60,443 nt of DNA from an uncultured Gemmatimonadota bacterium (GTDB lineage Bacteria > Gemmatimonadota > Gemmatimonadetes > Palauibacterales > KS3-K002). Shown here piece after piece: positions 6,853 through 15,927 of the stretch; the stretch's first letter is position 1, and each line of letters opens with the position of its first letter. Position numbers and translations under genes: made by a program. Below the pieces are notes generated by a model. That model had not been told where the DNA came from. It did not search any database and saw only the letters and a program-made list of their open reading frames with translations. The DNA is taken from the NCBI GenBank assembly GCA_964347815.1, contig CAYGAJ010000001.1:1-60443 (forward strand), written 5' to 3'.

Positions 6853-7488
6853 GTGGGAATCAAACATACGTATGAAGAAACGCCCCCTACCGCGGCCGCT
6901 CTCACCGCCGCCGCACTCGAGCTTTTCGCCCGACACGGCTACGACGGCGCCTCCGTACGCGCCATCACCGCCCGCGCCGGCGCCAACCTGGGCGCCATCA
7001 CCTACCACTTCGGCTCCAAGCAGGCGCTCTACGAGGCCGTGTTCGCCCAGGCGGCCGGCCCGTCCAACCAGCGGCTGGCCGAGGCGGCGGCCCAACCGGG
7101 ACCGGCGCTCGCGCGGATCGAGGCCGTGGTGCGCGCCTTCTTCGGTTACCTGGAAGAGAACCCCGCCCTGCCGCAGCTGATGATGCAGCAGCTCGCCAGC
7201 TCGCGTCCGATGCCCGATTCCGCGCTCCGCACGATTCGAGGGAACCTCGAGATCTTGAGCTCGCTCATCCGCGAGGGTCAGGAGGAGGGGTCGATCCGAG
7301 CGGGTGACCCGCGGCTGATGGCGCTCAGCGTCGGAGCGCAGCCGATCTGGCTCACCATGGCGCGGCGAGCGCTGCACGCGGGCGCCGCGATCGACCAGAC
7401 GGATCCGGAGACGCGATCCCGTTTGGTGGAGAGCGTCGTGAGCTTCGTGCGGGCCGGTCTGGCGCGGCATGAGGAGCAACAGGAATGA
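6853..7488 (+). CDS. TetR/AcrR-family transcriptional regulator
   Basis: N-terminal HTH LELFARHGYDGASVRAITARAGANLGAITYHFGSKQALY. The stop overlaps the next start (ATGA). Confidence 0.9.
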   Translation: MGIKHTYEETPPTAAALTAAALELFARHGYDGASVRAITARAGANLGAITYHFGSKQALYEAVFAQAAGPSNQRLAEAAAQPGPALARIEAVVRAFFGYLEENPALPQLMMQQLASSRPMPDSALRTIRGNLEILSSLIREGQEEGSIRAGDPRLMALSVGAQPIWLTMARRALHAGAAIDQTDPETRSRLVESVVSFVRAGLARHEEQQE

Positions 7489-8867
7489 GATCACGAGTTC
7501 TTTTGACGAAGATCGTCAACGTCGGCGTGCTGGCCGCATTCGGCATGATGGGCGCGGCGCGATCGCTCGAGGCGCAAGATGACTTGGCAGGTCGCCGCCT
7601 TACCCTCGCCGAAGCCATCGCCCGGGCGCAGGAGACGTATCCCAGCCTTCTTTCGGCCCGGGCCGGTGAGGAGGCGGCGGCCGCCGCGGTGGGGGAGGCG
7701 ACGGCGGTCCGCTGGCCGAGCCTCAGCACGGGCGTATCGCTGACGAGATTCGAGGAGCCGATGCTCGTGGCGCCGTTGCACCGCTTCGACATCACTCAAC
7801 GTCCGGAGTTCGATGAGACGCTGATCCGCGGGGACGTGACGCTTGCCTGGACGCTGTTCGATGGCGGCGCGCGGGGCGCCCGAATCGGCGGTGCCCGGGC
7901 CGAGGCCGCCGGCTCGGTCGCGGGCCGGCGGAGCGCCGAGATGGATCTCATCGCTCGGGTCACCCGGGCGTACCTGGAGGTGCTCACGGCGCGCGGTGTT
8001 CTGGCGGCGCAGGATCGGCGCATCGTGGCGTTGGCAGCCGAGCGCCGGCGCGTCGAGGACCTTCTTGCCCAGGGGCGTGCTGCCCGGGTGGAGCTGTTGC
8101 GCGTAGACGCCGCGCTCGCGGTCGCCGAGGCGGAGCGGGTCGAGACCGGGGCGCGTCTGGATCTAGCGGAGCGCGATCTGGCGCGTCTGATCGGAGTGTC
8201 GCTCGAAGAAGCCCAGAGCTTCGCGCTGCTGCCCTTGCGCTTGGTGGACCCGGACGCGGAAACAGAGCGAGAAGCGCTGCTCGCCCGAGGCCGGACGGCC
8301 AGCCCCGAGCTGGAACGGGCGCGGCAGCTGGTGCTGGCCGCCGAGGCGGGGAGCCGTCTGGCCCGGGCCGGCTGGCTGCCGCGGTTGGATCTCGTCGGCT
8401 CCTATCTCGGGTTCGGCAGCACGGCGGGAGGTGGCGGTGCGATGGAGTGGCAAGCCGGGGTCAGCCTCTCGTATCCGCTGTTCACGGGCGGTGCGCGGCT
8501 CAGCGCCGTTGGCGCGGCGCGGGCTCGAGAGCGGCGGGCCGACGAAGAGTTACGGCTCGCGCAGCTGAGAGTCGAGGAGGCGGTCGACGTGGCGTTGAAC
8601 GCGGAGCGCGAAGCGCGCGCGCTGGTCGAGGCGGTGTCGCGGGCGGTCGAGCACCAGGCGGAGGTCGTGCGGATCGAGAACCTGTTGCTGGAAGCTGGGG
8701 CCGGGACGCAGACGGACTATCTCAGTTCGGAGGCGGAGCTATTGCGGGTGAGGTCGGCGCTGATCGAAGCACGGCACCGGCATATCGCCGCCCGGGTCGA
8801 GCTGGTCCGCGTCGTCGGTGTGCTCGATACGGCCTGGCTCACTGAGAACCTGGAGATCGCGCGATGA
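7485..8867 (+). CDS. TolC-family outer-membrane efflux protein
   Basis: Signal-like N-terminus and two long coiled-coil/beta repeats typical of outer-membrane factor proteins (LTLAEAIARAQETYPSLLSARA...). Translationally coupled on both sides. Confidence 0.85.
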   Translation: MRSRVLLTKIVNVGVLAAFGMMGAARSLEAQDDLAGRRLTLAEAIARAQETYPSLLSARAGEEAAAAAVGEATAVRWPSLSTGVSLTRFEEPMLVAPLHRFDITQRPEFDETLIRGDVTLAWTLFDGGARGARIGGARAEAAGSVAGRRSAEMDLIARVTRAYLEVLTARGVLAAQDRRIVALAAERRRVEDLLAQGRAARVELLRVDAALAVAEAERVETGARLDLAERDLARLIGVSLEEAQSFALLPLRLVDPDAETEREALLARGRTASPELERARQLVLAAEAGSRLARAGWLPRLDLVGSYLGFGSTAGGGGAMEWQAGVSLSYPLFTGGARLSAVGAARARERRADEELRLAQLRVEEAVDVALNAEREARALVEAVSRAVEHQAEVVRIENLLLEAGAGTQTDYLSSEAELLRVRSALIEARHRHIAARVELVRVVGVLDTAWLTENLEIAR

Positions 8868-9868
8868 AGAACATCCGACGCGTCGCCATCATCATCGTCG
8901 TCGTCGTTGCCGTCGCCGGGACGGCGATCACGCTCGCGCTGCTGCGCTCCGACGGCGCGACGGCGATCGAAGCTTCAGGCACCGTCGAGGCGACCGAAGC
9001 CGACCTCGGGTTTCAGGTGCCGGGTCGCATAGAGAAGATCGCCGTTCGCGAAGGCGACAGGGTGGAGAGCGGGGCCGAGCTGGCCTGGCTCGATCGCGCC
9101 GAGCTGCTCGCCCGGCGCCGGGCCGCCCAGGCGCAGGTGGACGCCGCTCGTGCTTTGTTGGCTGAGCTAGAACGGGGCTTCCGGCCGGAGGAAGTGGCTC
9201 AGGGACGCGCAGCGCTCCGTGCCGCCGAGCAACGTCTGAGCGACGCGCGGCGCGACGTCGAGCGGACGAGGAGCCTGTTCGATGGGGGTGCGGTGAGCCG
9301 CGAGCTTCTGGACAAGCACGAGACGGCGCTCGAGGTCGCCATGGCCGAGTACCAGCGTGCCGAGGAGGCGTTGCAGATCCTGCGGACCGGACCGCGGCAG
9401 GAGCGGATCGCGGCTCAACGCGCAGCCCTGGCCCAGGCCGAGGCGACGGAGGCGCAGATCGAGGCCGCCCTCACCTACGCGGTCGTCCGGGCGCCCTTCG
9501 TCGGCGTCGTCAGCCTGCGCCACCGCGAGCCCGGCGAGAGCGTTCAGGCGGGCGCGCCGGTCGTTACGGTGATGAACCCGGACGATCGCTGGATCCGCAT
9601 CTACGTCCGCGAGGATGAGGTGGGGAGGCTGACGCTCGGTCAGAGGGCGGAGATCACGGCGGACGCCGACCCCGAGCGCGTCTATGAAGGTCAGGTCGTC
9701 TTTATCGCCAGCGAGGCGGAGTTCACGCCGCGCAACGTCCAGACCACGGAGGAGCGGGTGAAGCTGGTGTACCGGGTGAAGGTGCAGATCACGGGCGACC
9801 CCGGTTTCGACTTGAAGCCGGGTCTGGCGGCCGACGTGCGGCTGAGCGTCGGGTCGCGCGACTCTTAG
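8864..9868 (+). CDS. HlyD-family membrane fusion protein (YbhG-like)
   Basis: N-terminal TM helix, lipoyl-like hairpin, coiled coil, and C-terminal TPRNVQTTEERVKLVYRVKV motif typical of YbhG/HlyD_D23 proteins. Confidence 0.9.
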   Translation: MKNIRRVAIIIVVVVAVAGTAITLALLRSDGATAIEASGTVEATEADLGFQVPGRIEKIAVREGDRVESGAELAWLDRAELLARRRAAQAQVDAARALLAELERGFRPEEVAQGRAALRAAEQRLSDARRDVERTRSLFDGGAVSRELLDKHETALEVAMAEYQRAEEALQILRTGPRQERIAAQRAALAQAEATEAQIEAALTYAVVRAPFVGVVSLRHREPGESVQAGAPVVTVMNPDDRWIRIYVREDEVGRLTLGQRAEITADADPERVYEGQVVFIASEAEFTPRNVQTTEERVKLVYRVKVQITGDPGFDLKPGLAADVRLSVGSRDS

Positions 9869-9886
9869 CGGTCCGGGGCCGCCGTC

Positions 9887-10849
9887 ATGACCGACGACAC
9901 CGTCAGGCTGGACGGGCTGACGCGCCGGTTCGACGATCGGGTCGCCGTCGATGGGCTGACATTATCGGTCGGCCGCGGCGAGCTGTTCGGCATCGTCGGT
10001 CCGGACGGTGCCGGCAAGACGACGACGCTCCGCATGCTCGGAGCCGTGCTTCGCCCGACGTCGGGCGATGCGGTCGTCGCGGGTGTGAGCGTCACACGCG
10101 ACCCGGAGGGCGTGAAACGCCACATCGCCTACATGTCGCAGCGCTTTGGCTTGTACACCGACCTGACGGTCCGCGAGAACATCGACTTCTACGCGGACCT
10201 TTATCGGGTCCCGCGGGGACAGAGGCCAGCCCGGCTCGAGCGGCTCTATTCGTTCTCGGGGCTCGGGCCGTTCGAAGGCCGGCTGGCGGGCCAGCTCTCG
10301 GGCGGGATGAAACAGAAGCTGTCTTTGTGTTGCGCGCTCATACACGAGCCCCGGGTGTTGCTGCTGGACGAGCCGACGTTCGGAGTCGACCCGATATCGC
10401 GGCGCGACCTCTGGCTGATCGTGCACGAGATGGTGGCCCGCGGTGTGACCGCGATCGTTTCGACGGCTTATCTGGACGAAGCGGAGCGCTGCGACCGGGT
10501 CGCCATGCTGCACCGGGGTCGCGAGGTGGTCGTCGACCGGCCCAGCGCGCTGCGGCAACGGCTGCAGGGGCAGGTTTTGGCGCTTCGCGCCGACCAACCA
10601 CGCAAGGCGCGAGACGTGCTGCGCGCGGAGGCAGCGGTGCGACAGGCGGTGCTGTTCGGCGAGTGGCTGCATGTCACGCTTGGGAAAGCGGGGGTGGGCG
10701 AAGAAGCGAACGCCCTGGAGAGTACTGCCTGGTCCTCGGCGCGGCAGCACCTGCGGGAAGCCGGTATCGAGTTGCTGGACCAGCGTGTCGTCGAGGCGTC
10801 TCTGGAAGACGTGTTCATCGATCTCGTCATCGATCAGGAGACCCGGTGA
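9887..10849 (+). CDS. ABC transporter ATP-binding protein (first half of a YbhF-like pair)
   Basis: Walker A GPDGAGKTT, signature LSGGMKQKL, Walker B LLLLDEPT. Confidence 0.9.
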   Translation: MTDDTVRLDGLTRRFDDRVAVDGLTLSVGRGELFGIVGPDGAGKTTTLRMLGAVLRPTSGDAVVAGVSVTRDPEGVKRHIAYMSQRFGLYTDLTVRENIDFYADLYRVPRGQRPARLERLYSFSGLGPFEGRLAGQLSGGMKQKLSLCCALIHEPRVLLLDEPTFGVDPISRRDLWLIVHEMVARGVTAIVSTAYLDEAERCDRVAMLHRGREVVVDRPSALRQRLQGQVLALRADQPRKARDVLRAEAAVRQAVLFGEWLHVTLGKAGVGEEANALESTAWSSARQHLREAGIELLDQRVVEASLEDVFIDLVIDQETR

Positions 10850-11787
10850 TGGGCGCGGCCGTGGAGGTCAGCTCGCTCACACGCAAGTTCGGTGCGTTCA
10901 CGGCGGTGGATCAGGTGAGCTTCGAGGTGGCCGAGGGCGAGATCTTCGGTTTTCTGGGCCCTAACGGGGCGGGGAAGACCACGACGATCAAAATGCTCAA
11001 CGGGCTGCTGCGGCCGACCTCCGGCGCGGCGCGCGTGGCGGGCTATGACGTGGTGACCGAGGTGGAGCGGGTGAAGTCGCGCATCGGCTACATGTCACAG
11101 CTCTTTTCGCTCTACCCTGACCTCACGGTGCTGGAGAACATCCAGCTGTTCGCGGGCCTCTACGGAGTCGGCGGCACGCGGCTGGCCCAACGCCGCGACT
11201 TCGTGCTGGAGATGGCCGGGTTGGCGGATCGGCAGGGGCGGCTGACCGGCGAGCTGCCGCTGGGCTTCAAGCAGCGGTTGGCGCTGGGGTGCGCGGTGCT
11301 ACACGAGCCGCCGATCCTGTTTCTCGATGAGCCGACGTCGGGTGTCGATCCGATCGCGCGGCGCAGTTTCTGGGATCTGATCTACGGGTTCGCTGCGGCC
11401 AGGACGACGGTTTTCGTCAGCACGCATTACATGGAAGAGGCGGAGTACTGCGGCCGGCTGGCGGTGATGAACCGGGGCCGGCTCGTGGCGCTCGATCGGC
11501 CGTCGGCGCTGAAGGCGGCGATCCGCGAGCCGATCCTCGAGGTGCTGGCCGACGACGTGCCGCGGGCGGTCGAGGTGGTGAGGGGTGCGCCGGGCGTTCT
11601 CGAGGTGACGATGTTCGGTCGGGCGATGCACGTGATGGTCGAAGACGTCGCGGCCGCTCAGCGCGACGTTCCGAAGCGGCTCCAGGGCGCGGGCCACACG
11701 GTCGAGTCTCTTCACCCCATCGCGCCCTCGCTCGAGGATGTGTTCGTCGCCCTGGTCCACCGTTCGGGAGGGGCGGCGGCGGAATGA
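10849..11787 (+). CDS. ABC transporter ATP-binding protein (second half of a YbhF-like pair)
   Basis: ATG at 10849 overlaps the upstream TGA (TGATG). Walker A GPNGAGKTT and Walker B ILFLDEPT. The 10327 start in the ORF track is rejected because its leader is Arg-rich. Confidence 0.9.
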   Translation: MGAAVEVSSLTRKFGAFTAVDQVSFEVAEGEIFGFLGPNGAGKTTTIKMLNGLLRPTSGAARVAGYDVVTEVERVKSRIGYMSQLFSLYPDLTVLENIQLFAGLYGVGGTRLAQRRDFVLEMAGLADRQGRLTGELPLGFKQRLALGCAVLHEPPILFLDEPTSGVDPIARRSFWDLIYGFAAARTTVFVSTHYMEEAEYCGRLAVMNRGRLVALDRPSALKAAIREPILEVLADDVPRAVEVVRGAPGVLEVTMFGRAMHVMVEDVAAAQRDVPKRLQGAGHTVESLHPIAPSLEDVFVALVHRSGGAAAE

Positions 11788-12899
11788 ACCTGGCGCGATT
11801 CTGGGCGATGAGCCGCAAAGAGGCGGTTCAGCTTCGCCGTGACCCCCGCAGCTTGACCTTGGCGTTCCTCTTGCCCCTGGCGCTCCTGCTGTTCTTTGGC
11901 TACGCGATCAGCTTCGACATCAAGAACATCGAGATGGCCGTTCTGGATCAAAGCGGCAGCGAGGAGAGCCGCGCGCTCGTCGATGCCTTCCTCAGTTCGG
12001 GCTATTTCGACCTGCGCGCTCACCTCTCGCGCTACGGCGACATCGAGAACCTGCTCGATGCCGGCAAGGTGAAGCTGGTGCTGGTGATCCCGCCGGATTT
12101 CGCCGCCGACTTGGCGGCGATGCGGCCGGCGCCGGTGCAGGTCTTGCTCGACGGGTCCGACGCGAACACAGCGACCATCGCGCAGAACTACGCCGAAGCC
12201 ATCGTCGCCCGCTTCTCGGCGGAGGCGGTCGTGCCGGGCCGCGACTTTCGGCTTCCGGTCGAGGCGGAGACGCGTATCTGGTTCAACGAGACCCTCGAGA
12301 GCCGGAACATGATCGTCCCCGGCCTGGTGGCGGTGATCATGTCGATCATCGCGGCCATGCTGACCGCGCTGACCATCGCCCGGGAGTGGGAGCGCGGCAC
12401 GATGGAGCAGCTGGCCGCGACCCCGGTGCATCGGCTCGAGGTCGTGCTGGGCAAGCTGTTTCCTTATGTCGTGATCGGCCTGTTCGACGTGGCGCTCGCC
12501 CTCGCTGCCGGCTTCTTCATCTTCGGCGTCCCTTTTCGCGGCAACCTGTTGCTGCTGGCGGGCCTCACATTTCTGTTTCTGCTGGGTGCGCTCAGCCTGG
12601 GCATGTTCATCTCGGCCGCAATCAAGTCGCAGGTTCTGGCCACCCAGGTCGCCATCCTGGCCACTTACCTGCCAGCCCTGCTGTTGTCGGATTTCATCTT
12701 CTCGATCGATACGATGCCCACGCCGTTGAAGGCGATCACCTACGCCGTGCCGGCGCGCTACTACATCACCGTGACTCGTGGCATCATTCTCAAGGGCGTC
12801 GGCCCGGCCGTGCTTTGGGTCGAGGGGCTGGCGATGATCATCTTCGCGGTGACCGGCCTGGCGCTGGCGATCCGGGCGTTCAGGAAGGAGCTGGGTTAG
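11784..12899 (+). CDS. ABC-2 type permease (YbhS/YbhR-like)
   Basis: N-terminal RKEAVQLRRDPRSL motif, large periplasmic loop and multiple C-terminal TM helices. ATGA overlap with the ATPase gene. Confidence 0.9.
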   Translation: MNLARFWAMSRKEAVQLRRDPRSLTLAFLLPLALLLFFGYAISFDIKNIEMAVLDQSGSEESRALVDAFLSSGYFDLRAHLSRYGDIENLLDAGKVKLVLVIPPDFAADLAAMRPAPVQVLLDGSDANTATIAQNYAEAIVARFSAEAVVPGRDFRLPVEAETRIWFNETLESRNMIVPGLVAVIMSIIAAMLTALTIAREWERGTMEQLAATPVHRLEVVLGKLFPYVVIGLFDVALALAAGFFIFGVPFRGNLLLLAGLTFLFLLGALSLGMFISAAIKSQVLATQVAILATYLPALLLSDFIFSIDTMPTPLKAITYAVPARYYITVTRGIILKGVGPAVLWVEGLAMIIFAVTGLALAIRAFRKELG

Positions 12900-12904
12900 C
12901 GACC

Positions 12905-14020
12905 GTGTCGTTGCTACGCGTCCGCGAGATGCTGAAGAAGGAGTTGCGGCAGATCTTCCGCGATCCTCGCATGAAGCGCATCGTCTTCATCTCGCCGCTC
13001 ATCCAGCTGGTCGTGTTTGGTTATGCCGTCAACACCGACATACGGAACACGGCGACGATCGTCGTGGACCGCGACGGATCCGCCCCGGCTCGCGAGATGA
13101 TCGATGCCTTCCGTTCCACCGGCTACTTCAGGATCGAAGAGACGACGGACAGGCCCGCCGACCTCGTACGGGCGCTCGATCACGGAGACGCGCTGTTGGG
13201 GATCGACGTTCCGGTGGGGTTCGCGCGTGACGTGGCGGCGGGGCGTGGGGTGGTGCAGGTGGTGGTGGACGGGACGAACTCGAACAGCGGCACGGTGGCG
13301 CAGGGATACGCTCAGCGCATCATCCGCCGCTTCGCCCTCGATCGGGCGCGTGGCGCGGGCGCGTTTGTCGAGGGCGGTATCGATCTCCGGGCCCGCGCCT
13401 GGTTCAACCCCGAGCTGGAGAGCCGGGTCTACAACGTGCCGGCTGTGATCGGCATCCTGATTCTGCTTATGTCACTGTTGCTGACGGCGCTGGCGGTGGT
13501 GCGGGAGCGGGAGATGGGCACGCTCGACCAGCTCAACGTGAGCCCGCTGTCGGCGACCGAGCTGATGCTGGGCAAGACGCTGCCGGTCACTCTGATCGGG
13601 CTCGTCGACCTGGCCCTGATCACGGCCGTCGCGATCCTCTGGTTCGGTATCCCAATGCGCGGGTCGTTCTTTGCGCTGTTGCCGGCAGCCTTGCTCTATA
13701 TCGTATCGGGGCTCTCGTTCGGTCTTCTCATCTCGACGATGTCGCGAACGCAGCAGGAAGCCATCATGACCATGTTCCTGTTTCTGCTGCCGGCGATCAT
13801 CCTTTCCGGCTTCTTCTATCCGATCAGCAGCATGCCAGAAGTCTTTCAGTGGCTCACGGTCCTGAACCCGGTTCGACATTTCTTAGAGATCGTGCGAGCC
13901 ATATTTCTCAAAGGCACGGGCCTGGCCCAACTCTGGCCTCAGTACGCCGCGCTCACCGCGATCGCCGCGGGCGTGCTCTCGCTCGCCATCGCCCGGTTCC
14001 GCGGGGCGGTGACGGCCTAG
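12905..14020 (+). CDS. ABC-2 type permease (YbhS/YbhR-like, second copy)
   Basis: GTG at 12905 (alternative ATG at 12929) gives LLRVREMLKKELRQIFRDPR, which aligns with the N-terminus of the preceding permease. The 12386 start is rejected. Confidence 0.85.
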   Translation: MSLLRVREMLKKELRQIFRDPRMKRIVFISPLIQLVVFGYAVNTDIRNTATIVVDRDGSAPAREMIDAFRSTGYFRIEETTDRPADLVRALDHGDALLGIDVPVGFARDVAAGRGVVQVVVDGTNSNSGTVAQGYAQRIIRRFALDRARGAGAFVEGGIDLRARAWFNPELESRVYNVPAVIGILILLMSLLLTALAVVREREMGTLDQLNVSPLSATELMLGKTLPVTLIGLVDLALITAVAILWFGIPMRGSFFALLPAALLYIVSGLSFGLLISTMSRTQQEAIMTMFLFLLPAIILSGFFYPISSMPEVFQWLTVLNPVRHFLEIVRAIFLKGTGLAQLWPQYAALTAIAAGVLSLAIARFRGAVTA

Positions 14021-14024
14021 GCGC

Positions 14025-14579
14025 ATGTCTCGCATCTTCACGATCGGCCACTCGACCCGGCCGTGGGCCGAGTTCCTCGAGCTGCTGCGCGAGCACGGCG
14101 TCGAGCATCTGGTCGACGTCCGCCGGTTCCCCGGATCGCGGCGACATCCACAGTTCGCTCAGGAGGCGCTCTCGCGTGCCCTGCTCGAGTCCGAGATAGA
14201 GTACAGCCACGAGCCCGACATGGGCGGCTTCCGCAAACCGCGACCCGAGTCACAACACACAGCCTGGCGATCCGTAGGTTTTCGGGCTTACGCCGACCAC
14301 ATGGATTCTCCCGAGTTCCGGGAGGCCCTGAGCCGGCTGATCGGACTGGCGTCAGAGCGCACCGTGGCTATCATGTGCGCCGAGGCGACGCCATGGCGCT
14401 GCCACCGCCAGCTGATCTCGGACGCGCTGGTGGCGCGTGGCCATGAGGTGGTTCATGTGCTTGGGCCGACGAGATCGGATGTTCACACGTTGAACGAGAG
14501 CGCGCGGGTGCTCGATGACTTCCGGCTCGTCTATTCCGATGCCACAAACGAGCAGCCCGGTCTCTTCAATGAAAGTTGA
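14025..14579 (+). CDS. DUF488-domain protein
   Basis: IFTIGHSTRP...LVDVRRFPGSRRHPQF...MCAEATPWRCHRQLI matches the DUF488 pattern as I recall it. It starts 4 nt after the permease stop. Confidence 0.8.
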   Translation: MSRIFTIGHSTRPWAEFLELLREHGVEHLVDVRRFPGSRRHPQFAQEALSRALLESEIEYSHEPDMGGFRKPRPESQHTAWRSVGFRAYADHMDSPEFREALSRLIGLASERTVAIMCAEATPWRCHRQLISDALVARGHEVVHVLGPTRSDVHTLNESARVLDDFRLVYSDATNEQPGLFNES

Positions 14580-14628
14580 ATGGGCTCGGCCGTCGTCATG
14601 ATGTGCACCGTCGGTTAGCGAGACGTTC

Positions 14629-15846
14629 TTGAACTCTACGCGCTTGAGGCGAGTCTTATCGTGGGTGGCCCCCGGCGGCTTGGTCATCCTGGCCGCCGTC
14701 GCCGTGCTTCGCCTAGCCGGCGATACGGGTTTGATCCCCGCGATGACAACGGGTTACCCGTACGTCATCTTCGCTGCGGCGATTCTGCTTGCCTGGCGGT
14801 TCCACCGCAGTCGCGTCGTCGCGGCGATCCTGGCGATCGGGCTGGTCGAGCGCGCGCTCCAGATCGCAGGAGCTGCCGAGGTTCTTCCCGTACATGCCGC
14901 GGCCGCCTTCCTGCTTCCGCTGGTGATGGCCATGCTGGCTCTGGCTCGTGATCGCGGCGTTTTCACGTTGCGCGGTCTGGCTCATGTCGGCGGCGTGGTG
15001 CTGGTGGCCGGCGCGACGGCGTACCTTCTCGCCACCCGCGAGCCGCTCGTCACCGGCCTTGTTAGGCGTGTGCTCTTGGATGTCGGTTTCCTGGGCGCGG
15101 CCGGCGTGCCGCAGCCCGTGGTGATCGCCACACTCGTCGGATTGGCGGGGTGCGTTGTCGCGGGGATCCGGCGGGCCAAAGTGGTGGAGCGGAGCTTCGG
15201 TTGGGCGACGCTCGCGACCTTCCTGGCCGTTCGGGCCCAACCGGGGAGCGCCGAGTCGAGTCTCTTCTTCATGGCCGCCGGCCTGATCCTGGTGCTCTCG
15301 GTCGTCGAGAGCTCGTACAGCATGGCGTATTACGACGACCTGACCGCCTTGCCGGCGCGCCGCGCGATGCGAGACGCACTGGGGGCTCTGCGCGAGAGTT
15401 ACGCCATAGCCATGGTGGACATCGATCACTTCAAGCGCTTCAACGACCGTCACGGCCACGACGTGGGCGATCAGGTGCTTCGCATGGTCGCGAGCCGGTT
15501 GAAGGCGATCTCGGGTGGGGGTCGGGCGTTCCGCTACGGCGGCGAGGAGTTCGCGGTACTTTTCCCGGGGAAGAACCGTGACGAAGCGGAACCGCACCTC
15601 GAGCAGCTTCGCGAAGCGATCGAGAAGCACGCGTTCACGTTGAGACGCGGCGGCCGCCGCAAGAGCAAGTCCGAGGGCAAGAACAAGAGGCGGTCACGCG
15701 GTGGTGGCAAGCGGCTGGCGGTGACCGTGAGCATCGGTGTGGCGGAGCGGAGCGGCCGGTTCCCGACGGTCGAAAAAGTGCTCGAGGCGGCGGATCGCGC
15801 GCTCTATCGGGCCAAGCGGACAGGCCGCAACCGGGTGAGTCGCTGA
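14629..15846 (+). CDS. Membrane-anchored diguanylate cyclase (GGDEF domain)
   Basis: About 6 hydrophobic helices at the N-terminus. DIDHFKRFNDRHGHDVGDQVL and RYGGEEFAVLF motifs. TTG start in the ORF track, so the exact start is uncertain. Confidence 0.85.
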   Translation: MNSTRLRRVLSWVAPGGLVILAAVAVLRLAGDTGLIPAMTTGYPYVIFAAAILLAWRFHRSRVVAAILAIGLVERALQIAGAAEVLPVHAAAAFLLPLVMAMLALARDRGVFTLRGLAHVGGVVLVAGATAYLLATREPLVTGLVRRVLLDVGFLGAAGVPQPVVIATLVGLAGCVVAGIRRAKVVERSFGWATLATFLAVRAQPGSAESSLFFMAAGLILVLSVVESSYSMAYYDDLTALPARRAMRDALGALRESYAIAMVDIDHFKRFNDRHGHDVGDQVLRMVASRLKAISGGGRAFRYGGEEFAVLFPGKNRDEAEPHLEQLREAIEKHAFTLRRGGRRKSKSEGKNKRRSRGGGKRLAVTVSIGVAERSGRFPTVEKVLEAADRALYRAKRTGRNRVSR

Positions 15847-15927
15847 GCGCGATGTGAGAAGCTGGGTCTCGAGCGTGCGAGGTCGATACGGAGAAACAGG
15901 CTGGCTGGCGGTGCGCTGCCGAGGCGC

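Noticed and set aside
5266-7494. The 742-aa ORF-track version of the TIR-like/DUF4071 gene.
   Set aside because: Its first ~278 codons are low-complexity (Arg/Gly/Pro/Ser-rich), run through the divergent promoter region and overlap the well-supported TetR gene on the other strand. GTG 6660 has a GAGG Shine-Dalgarno and starts right at the first beta-strand of the domain.
10327-11787. 5'-extended ORF-track models: 10327-11787, 12386-14020, 27307-28575, 27990-29522, 50178-52262, 55745-57472, 17194-18297, 23985-25823, 19783-20979.
   Set aside because: In each case the extension overlaps the preceding gene in another frame and translates to Arg-rich low-complexity sequence. An internal start gives a canonical N-terminus and usually a 1-4 nt start/stop overlap or a good Shine-Dalgarno.
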